A DNA stretch of 28,557 nucleotides, from NCBI GenBank assembly GCA_045046875.1, contig JASFYY010000005.1:1-28557 (forward strand), in the 5' to 3' direction. The notes below the pieces were generated by a model. The model was not told the origin of the DNA. It did no database searches and saw only the letters and a list, made by a program, of their open reading frames with translations. Each line of letters starts with the position of its first letter. Within the stretch, counting starts at the first letter, position 1. The translations under genes and the position numbers were made by a program. This document shows, piece after piece, positions 17,261 to 23,722 of the stretch. Origin of the DNA: Verrucomicrobiota bacterium (GTDB taxonomy: Bacteria; Verrucomicrobiota; Verrucomicrobiia; Verrucomicrobiales; DEV007).

Positions 17261-18670
17261 ATGATTCACCCTCGCCATCTTTTTGATCAACACGGCCAAG
17301 GTCAAGTGTTCCGTTTTTTTGACGACCTGCCCGCCGACAAACAAGATGCCCTCACCCGGCAAGCCGCTTCCATTGATCTCGATGAAATTGATCAACTGGT
17401 TAAAACCCTGGTCAAAAAAAATGCCCCAACCAAAAGTCCCGACGCAGATCCGGAACCCGCTGACTACATCCCGGTTTTATCAAAAAATCAAAATGGCGAA
17501 GCTTGGCAAAAAGCCACCAAAACGGGTGAACAGGCACTTCGCAATGGTCGGGTAGCCGCATTCACCGTAGCCGGAGGCCAAGGCACCCGACTGGGTTTTG
17601 ATGGCCCCAAGGGAACCTTTCCCATCTCACCGGTCAGCGAAAAATCCTTATTCCAAATATTTGCCGAGAAAATAAAAAACAGTGGCGAAAGGTATCAATG
17701 CTCGATCCCCTGGTTCATCATGACCTCGTTACAAAATCATGATGAAACTTCCGCTTTTTTTCGTGATCATTCGTTCTTCGGACTGGATCCCGAAAGTCTT
17801 CATCTGTTCCCCCAGGGAACCATCCCTATTGTTGATCAAGAAGGGAAAATCCTATTGAATGACAAACACAACATCGCCATGAGCCCGGATGGGCACGGAG
17901 GATCCCTACGCGCGCTGGTACGCTCGGGTGCGACCCGGTGGATGGAGGAAAAAGGCATCGACCTGCTGTCCTGTTTCCAGGTGGACAATCCACTGGTAAA
18001 ATGCATCGACCCGGCTTTCATTGGATTTCATCTGAATAAAGATTCCCAACTCTCTAGTAAAATCATCGTCAAAAAAGACCCCGATGAAAAAGTAGGTGTA
18101 TTCTGTAAAAAAGGAGAGCATACCCAAGTGATCGAATATTCAGATCTGGCGCAAGAGCTGCAACAACAAACCGATCCCGACGGAGCGCTGCGCTTTCGTG
18201 CCGGCTCCATTGCTGTTCATATTTTCCATCGTGAACTGGTCGAAAAACTTGGCGGAAACAGTGGCGAAGGAAATCTACCCTTCCACGTCGCTCACAAAAA
18301 AAACAGCTCGCTCGACGAGAATGGCCAGCTCGTCGAAGCACCAGCGATCAAGTTTGAAATGTTTATTTTTGATGCGCTGCCTTTCGCTGAAAACCCATTA
18401 ATCCTGGAGGCACTGCGTGAATCCGAATTCAGCCCGGTAAAAAATGCCCGGGGCTCGGATTCCCCGGAAAGCTCACGCAACGACCAACTGCGCCAGTTTG
18501 CCCGTTGGTTCAAAGCGAACGGGATCAACTTGAACACTGACGGGAATGGCATCCCCGAGATAAAAATAGAAGTCTCCCCACAATTTGCCGACACCAAAGA
18601 GCGTTTCACCGAGGCTTGGAAATCCCTATCCCCACAACCTGAAATAAAAAACGGGCTGGTAGTGGAATGA
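17261..18670 (+). CDS. UDPGP type 1 family nucleotidyltransferase, eukaryote UAP1-like UDP-N-acetylglucosamine pyrophosphorylase
   Basis: AGGQGTRLGFDGPKG, IPWFIMTS, SPDGHGG, QVDNPL, EKVGV, VIEYSD, KFEMFIFD, EFSPVKNA. Confidence 0.9.
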   Translation: MIHPRHLFDQHGQGQVFRFFDDLPADKQDALTRQAASIDLDEIDQLVKTLVKKNAPTKSPDADPEPADYIPVLSKNQNGEAWQKATKTGEQALRNGRVAAFTVAGGQGTRLGFDGPKGTFPISPVSEKSLFQIFAEKIKNSGERYQCSIPWFIMTSLQNHDETSAFFRDHSFFGLDPESLHLFPQGTIPIVDQEGKILLNDKHNIAMSPDGHGGSLRALVRSGATRWMEEKGIDLLSCFQVDNPLVKCIDPAFIGFHLNKDSQLSSKIIVKKDPDEKVGVFCKKGEHTQVIEYSDLAQELQQQTDPDGALRFRAGSIAVHIFHRELVEKLGGNSGEGNLPFHVAHKKNSSLDENGQLVEAPAIKFEMFIFDALPFAENPLILEALRESEFSPVKNARGSDSPESSRNDQLRQFARWFKANGINLNTDGNGIPEIKIEVSPQFADTKERFTEAWKSLSPQPEIKNGLVVE

Positions 18671-18729
18671 AAAAATCACCTTTTCTTTTTTGTCCGGCGG
18701 ATTAGCCTGTATCACTTGCCTAGTTCATT

Positions 18730-19668
18730 ATGAAAACCATCCATACTTTTTTATTAGTCTTTGCCACTGCACTCACTGTCAGCTCATACGCAAAAGATAC
18801 TCCTGAAAAGGCCGAACACAGTGCCAAAACCCAGGACTCGGCCGCAACTTCAACCGATTCAGTTAAAGCCATCATTACTGATATCGAAAAAGAAAAAATA
18901 ACCAAACTTACAGCCTACTTGAAAGCTAATCCCGAAGCTGAAGACCGGCTCGACGGGCTTTCTTTTCTAATCACCGCTTATTTGAATCTTGAAAACAATG
19001 AACAGGCTATTCCTGTTCTAAAAGAAAAATACCAGCTTCTCACCAACGGGAAAAAAATTGCTGACATTGACTTAATCACCCTGTTGCCCGACACCGTGCA
19101 GCCACTAACCCTTTCACTGACTTCCACTGGCAGCCGGGAAGAAGCCAAGACTTTTATTGCCAAAGTGAGGGAGGACTTAAGCGCTCACCCAATGGCTCAA
19201 CAAATTGATCAATTTTTGGAACAAACCACTGCTGAAATTAATGCTCCGAACAAAGGAGACATACTGGAAATCGCGTTCACATCTTTAACTGGAGAAAAGG
19301 TGGATCTCGCTGCGATGAAAGGAAAAGTCGTGCTGCTTGATTTTTGGGCCACCTGGTGCGGCCCCTGCGTAGCGGAGTTGCCCAATCTCCTTGATACTTA
19401 CAATAAACACCACGACAAAGGTTTTGAGATCATCGGGATCTCTCTGGATCAAGATGGAGATACCTTGAAAAGCTTTATCAAAGAAAACAACATTCCTTGG
19501 GCTCAATACTTTGACGGCAAAGGTTGGGGAAATTCAATCGCGCAAAAATACAGTATCAAGGCTCTCCCTGCGACTTTCCTGATTGGCAAAAATGGAAAAG
19601 TAATGACCCGCAACCTGCACGGTTCCCGATTGGACGAAGAAGTGACCAGACTGCTGTCAGAAAAATAA
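18730..19668 (+). CDS. Secreted TlpA/ResA-family thiol:disulfide oxidoreductase with helical N-terminal domain
   Basis: Signal peptide; KGKVVLLDFWATWCGPC, GFEIIGISLD, ALPATFLI. Confidence 0.9.
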   Translation: MKTIHTFLLVFATALTVSSYAKDTPEKAEHSAKTQDSAATSTDSVKAIITDIEKEKITKLTAYLKANPEAEDRLDGLSFLITAYLNLENNEQAIPVLKEKYQLLTNGKKIADIDLITLLPDTVQPLTLSLTSTGSREEAKTFIAKVREDLSAHPMAQQIDQFLEQTTAEINAPNKGDILEIAFTSLTGEKVDLAAMKGKVVLLDFWATWCGPCVAELPNLLDTYNKHHDKGFEIIGISLDQDGDTLKSFIKENNIPWAQYFDGKGWGNSIAQKYSIKALPATFLIGKNGKVMTRNLHGSRLDEEVTRLLSEK

Positions 19669-19736
19669 GACCAGCTTACAGCTCACACCACCTGGGGTGC
19701 AGGACAAAAAAGTTAGCTTATCACACCTCGACATCA

Positions 19737-19819
19737 TTGCGCCCTTTTAGGGCTGGCAATAAAACCGATTTAACCCCAGCGCTTCGCGCTGGGCTATCAC
19801 ATTTTGTCCTTACGGACAA
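19737..19819 (+). repeat. REP-like multi-hairpin element, copy A
   Basis: GCCCTTTTAGGGC (19741-19753), CCCAGCGCTTCGCGCTGGG (19775-19793), TTGTCCTTACGGACAA (19804-19819). Confidence 0.75.
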
Positions 19820-19835
19820 TTTGCTTTCACTTCAT

Positions 19836-19918
19836 TTGCACCAACGGTGCTCAATGATATAGCCCAGTGCGAAGCGCTGGGTAAAAAATCCAATTCTTCC
19901 AGCCCCGCAAGGGCGAAA
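19836..19918 (-). repeat. REP-like multi-hairpin element, copy B (inverted relative to A)
   Basis: GCACCAACGGTGC (19838-19850), CCCAGTGCGAAGCGCTGGG (19863-19881), GCCCCGCAAGGGC (19902-19914); its reverse complement aligns with copy A. Confidence 0.75.
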
Positions 19919-20018
19919 CCTATAGCGGTCAGCAGCTTAACGATTTCGTCTCAAACCCTGTCATCATCGAATGATAACCATCAACTTCCGATGAATTGAG
20001 TCTTTCAGATCCTCCCCT

Positions 20019-20627
20019 TCACATTGTCCGTCGCCCTTCCAAAGCACGGAACAAGGTCAATTCATCCGCTGACTCAAGCCCACCTCCTGCCGGCAGCCCC
20101 TGCGCCAGTCGGGATATCTTCACTCCAAAAGGAGCCATCAAATCCACCAGGTAATTGGCAGTGGCCTCCCCTTCCACATCCGAGCTGAGAGCAAGGATCA
20201 CCTCAGCAAAAGCGCCGTTTTTCAAACGCTTGATCAAACAATCTATCCGTAGATCACCCGGCGAAACATTCTCCAACGGGGAAATACGTCCTCGTAGGCT
20301 GTGATAATAACCACGGAAAGCACCACTCTTTTCCAAGGGCAATATGTCCGTCGCTTGTTCGACCACGCACAAAACCGATTCATCCCTCCCACTGCGGTCA
20401 CAAATTCCGCACCCTTCGTTGGTGGAGAAAAAACCGCAGGTCTCACACTCACCGATCTCCTGCTCTGCCGTGGTCAGGGATTTGGCGATTGCCGTCATCA
20501 TCGAATCCCCTCGATCCTGCAGCAACCACACCGTGATACGCTCAGCACTCTTCGGGCCAATACCCGGCAGTCTTTTCAACTGCAGGATCAACTGCTTCAC
20601 CGGAGCTGGATAATCTACCTGGTTCAC
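20019..20627 (-). CDS. recR: Recombination mediator RecR
   Basis: LPGIGPKSAER (HhH), CETC...CGIC zinc finger, LCVVE (TOPRIM), EVILALSSDVEGEATANY, SRLAQGLP; GTG start. Confidence 0.96.
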   Translation of the reverse strand: MNQVDYPAPVKQLILQLKRLPGIGPKSAERITVWLLQDRGDSMMTAIAKSLTTAEQEIGECETCGFFSTNEGCGICDRSGRDESVLCVVEQATDILPLEKSGAFRGYYHSLRGRISPLENVSPGDLRIDCLIKRLKNGAFAEVILALSSDVEGEATANYLVDLMAPFGVKISRLAQGLPAGGGLESADELTLFRALEGRRTM

Positions 20628-20633
20628 GGATTT

Positions 20634-21959
20634 CTATAGTGTGTTTAACAAACGTGCGTGCCCTTGATTAACCTCATGCGAATCACTTGCCCCGGATTCG
20701 TTACCCATACGGGTCAAACGATCCTGAGTCAGACCAATAAAGAACTCCAAGGGTTGGTCCTCCGTTATATCTCCATCCCCAGCCGATTGACTGAATTTCT
20801 CCAGCGCTTTTTCATAGTTCTTTTCCCGGTAAAAAATCATCGCTTCCCAAAAAGCGTCCCTTTTTTCACCAGCTTCATCATCAAAATCCTCTGTAGCGGC
20901 CATCAGTTCATACACCTCGGTCATCACTTTGCTCTCAGGGTCGTAGATCATCTCCATCGGCCTGACCTCGATGTCATCTCCAGCCAATTGCAGGGTTCGC
21001 GCGCTGAGCAATACATCCGAACTGTAAACCCGGTTCATCGCACAAATCCTTCTCGAAAAATCCGTCACCAGACCCACTCCGCTGAAATAAAAATGCCGCG
21101 CCGAACCGTAAACTCCCACGGTCACTTGCCCCGAACTGATCGCCACCCCATGATGAGGACGGTGAAACCACCTGTTCTCACACTCAGTGTCGAGGTTGAT
21201 CAAGCGTTGTTTCAATTCAAGCGCCGCCTGACACGCTTTTTTGGCATGATCTTCCTCAGCTGATAACAAACCAAAAAACACCCTCACACAATCCGGACTG
21301 GATTCGTCAAGGTAAGCTCCATGCGACATCAAAAAATCAGCGGTATTGCGCAGAAAACGGTTTGTCAGCGCCACCAGATCCGCGGCTTTCATTTCACCTT
21401 TCAACTCAGAGTGATTAAACAAACGACAGGTCAACACCGTGACTTCATAAGTTCCACCCTCCAGCGAGATCATTTGCGGGGCATTGATCAACTCCGAAAA
21501 ATGTTCCTTTGAAACACGCGAACCCAATACGTTTTGCAAAATGCGTTTGCGCATCCCTTGTTCGGTTCCAGCATAAACAATGCCCATCATCATGCTGCCC
21601 GTTGCCGCGGTCAGAGTAGCAAAAGGAGGGAAAGTCACGCCATACAAAGCCAGGGTGAACGACAAACCACAGACCACAATGACCAAGCTCAGAAATACCA
21701 ACATCTTCTGCCCCACTTGCGGTATATCAATCACGCACCAAGCCACACCAAAAGCACTGCCTGCCAACAAAATCCATTCCAATACCACCCACTGGGAAGC
21801 CGGAGCCTCCGCTTGCACGTGAGGGAAAATGCGAGCGGCGACGTAAAAATGCTCGAGCCAATTTGTCAGCATTTGAAACACCCCGACAGAGGACAAAAAA
21901 ATCACCCCAACCAAAGCCATTAAGCCAATCAATATCGAAGCTAGCAGGTAACGTTGCAT
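20634..21959 (-). CDS. Membrane-anchored class III adenylate/guanylate cyclase homologue, probably catalytically degenerate
   Basis: About 4 TM helices then the cyclase fold pattern (EVTVL..., DLVALTNRFL, HGAYLD, DHAKKACQAALEL, GVAISSGQVTVGVYGS, DVLLS, VYELM) and a C-terminal TPR-like helix pair. Confidence 0.8.
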   Translation of the reverse strand: MQRYLLASILIGLMALVGVIFLSSVGVFQMLTNWLEHFYVAARIFPHVQAEAPASQWVVLEWILLAGSAFGVAWCVIDIPQVGQKMLVFLSLVIVVCGLSFTLALYGVTFPPFATLTAATGSMMMGIVYAGTEQGMRKRILQNVLGSRVSKEHFSELINAPQMISLEGGTYEVTVLTCRLFNHSELKGEMKAADLVALTNRFLRNTADFLMSHGAYLDESSPDCVRVFFGLLSAEEDHAKKACQAALELKQRLINLDTECENRWFHRPHHGVAISSGQVTVGVYGSARHFYFSGVGLVTDFSRRICAMNRVYSSDVLLSARTLQLAGDDIEVRPMEMIYDPESKVMTEVYELMAATEDFDDEAGEKRDAFWEAMIFYREKNYEKALEKFSQSAGDGDITEDQPLEFFIGLTQDRLTRMGNESGASDSHEVNQGHARLLNTL

Positions 21960-23693
21960 CTACTCCTCACTATCAGAATCCGAATCAGAATCCAACCCCG
22001 AATCACCTTCTTCAGGGGCGGGATCCACGTCCTTCGTTTTTGCCGTCGAATCGTTGCGCTGATAATCAGGGTAAGAATCCACCACCAAGGCACTGAGATA
22101 AGCGTCCGGATCCTCTACTGCCTCCCGCGCCAACTTGAATACTTTCTCCCCGGTATTGTTCTGTATCAACTTCATCCCGTATTGGAAATCACGGAACAAA
22201 TCCGAGCACAACTTCATCACGCTCATGTTTCGCTGTTGACTCAACTCCTCCAGAGCTTTCATCGCATCCTGCTCAAACACCAACTCCACCCCGTGCTGCT
22301 CGCTGAACTGGCGACGGAAAGAATTCAACTCCGAGACGATCTTGGAACCAGAGAAACCATCGTCCAGGTCTTTGAATTCCAACAAAGCTTTGCCCGGGTT
22401 TTCTATCAGATCCCGGGTGATACTGATCTCGGTCAAAGAAGTGCCGGGCAGCTCGAATTTAAAGTCCCGCAAAATCCTCTCACACACCGTCATCAAGCCC
22501 CGCGCACCAGTCTTTTCTTTGGCAGCACGCTCGGCAATCATTTCCAAAGCATCCTGCTTGAAAGTTGCATTGATTCCATAAGCCTGGAACTCCCTTTCAT
22601 ACTGTCGAATCAGACTACCCTCCGAGCTCTGCATGATCTCAAGCAAATCCTCTTTTTCCAAATGCTCACACACCACCCGCACTGGCAACCGTCCAATAAA
22701 CTCCGCTTCAAAGCCAAACTCAATGAAGTCCTGGGTCTCCACCTCACCAAATGAGGTCGCATCCATGGATGTCGCTTCATTGCTCGCTCCAAACCCGATC
22801 GTTCCCTGACGGAGCCGTTCATGCATTATTTTTTCGAGACCTGAAAAAGCACCACTCACAATAAATAAAATATGCCGTGTGCTGATAGAACTCTTGCTCG
22901 TTTTACCTCCGCCACCCTGGTCAAACATCGCCTGCATCTGCGACTGGATATCCATCGGATTGCGTAAAGAGACTTCCGTCTCCTCCATCAACTTGAGCAA
23001 AGTGGTCTGCACCCCCCGCCCACTGACATCACGTCCGATCATCTCCCCGCGTGTGGCGACTTTATCCACCTCATCAATATATACGATGCCGTATTCCGCA
23101 AGCTCGACATCTCCGTCCGCTTTACGCACCAATTCGCGCACCAGGTCATCAACATCCGCCCCCACATAACCCGTCTCACTGAACTTGGTGGCATCCGCTT
23201 TGACAAAAGGCACCCCAATCAATTCTGCGATGTGCTTGACCAAATAAGTTTTGCCCACCCCGGTCGGGCCGACAATGATCACGTTTTGTTTTTGAAACTC
23301 AGTCTGACGTGCTTTCTCCGGATGATCCTCTTCCAGACGTTTGAAACTTTTGGCGTGATTATAATGATCACAAACGGCTATAGACAGCACCTTTTTAGCC
23401 TCCTCCTGACGAATCACATATCGATCCAAATGAGCTTTGATGTCACGGGGAAAATAATCAAAATCAAAAATGCTACTGAACCTTTCCTCACTCTCTTCTG
23501 GGAATTCCTCGTCAGCCTCAATAAAATCATCCTCTTGAAAAGGCGCTCCATCAGTCATGGTACTGAAAGAAACCGAGTCGCCAAAACTCGCTTTCATGAA
23601 CTCCGAAAGCTTACGGGAAATCTCCTCAGGAGTGGGAGCCGATGGAATATCGTCATCTTTAGACATAAAAACACTATCGTTCGACTTTTCCAT
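21960..23693 (-). CDS. Atypical ClpX-like AAA+ ATPase
   Basis: LDRYVIRQEEAKKVLSIAV, Walker A GPTGVGKT, ADATKFSETGYVG, Walker B YIDEVDK, RDVSGRGVQ, IGF loop, EFIGRLPV, TGARGL; no N-terminal C4 zinc domain, so not called as the housekeeping clpX. Confidence 0.88.
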   Translation of the reverse strand: MEKSNDSVFMSKDDDIPSAPTPEEISRKLSEFMKASFGDSVSFSTMTDGAPFQEDDFIEADEEFPEESEERFSSIFDFDYFPRDIKAHLDRYVIRQEEAKKVLSIAVCDHYNHAKSFKRLEEDHPEKARQTEFQKQNVIIVGPTGVGKTYLVKHIAELIGVPFVKADATKFSETGYVGADVDDLVRELVRKADGDVELAEYGIVYIDEVDKVATRGEMIGRDVSGRGVQTTLLKLMEETEVSLRNPMDIQSQMQAMFDQGGGGKTSKSSISTRHILFIVSGAFSGLEKIMHERLRQGTIGFGASNEATSMDATSFGEVETQDFIEFGFEAEFIGRLPVRVVCEHLEKEDLLEIMQSSEGSLIRQYEREFQAYGINATFKQDALEMIAERAAKEKTGARGLMTVCERILRDFKFELPGTSLTEISITRDLIENPGKALLEFKDLDDGFSGSKIVSELNSFRRQFSEQHGVELVFEQDAMKALEELSQQRNMSVMKLCSDLFRDFQYGMKLIQNNTGEKVFKLAREAVEDPDAYLSALVVDSYPDYQRNDSTAKTKDVDPAPEEGDSGLDSDSDSDSEE

Positions 23694-23722
23694 GCCACAA
23701 GATCACAATTCCATCTAATGGT

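Noticed and set aside
19737..19918. Possible CRISPR array or tRNA-like gene
   Set aside because: Only two copies, in inverted orientation, with no unique-spacer series, no cas genes and no cloverleaf.
20634..21959. Pseudogene or anti-phage (Pycsar/CBASS-like) cyclase
   Set aside because: The reading frame is intact, so it is not a pseudogene; catalytic residues are degenerate and no cyclic-nucleotide effector gene or defence-island context is present.
21954..22754. 266-aa plus-strand ORF and other long antisense ORFs (20658-21263, 25649-26296, 15146-15778, 23232-23780)
   Set aside because: Shadow ORFs opposite well-supported genes; no recognisable domains.
21960..23693. Calling this gene hslU or the canonical clpX
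   Set aside because: Has the ClpX IGF loop and lacks the HslU I-domain, but also lacks the ClpX zinc domain and clpP/tig context.
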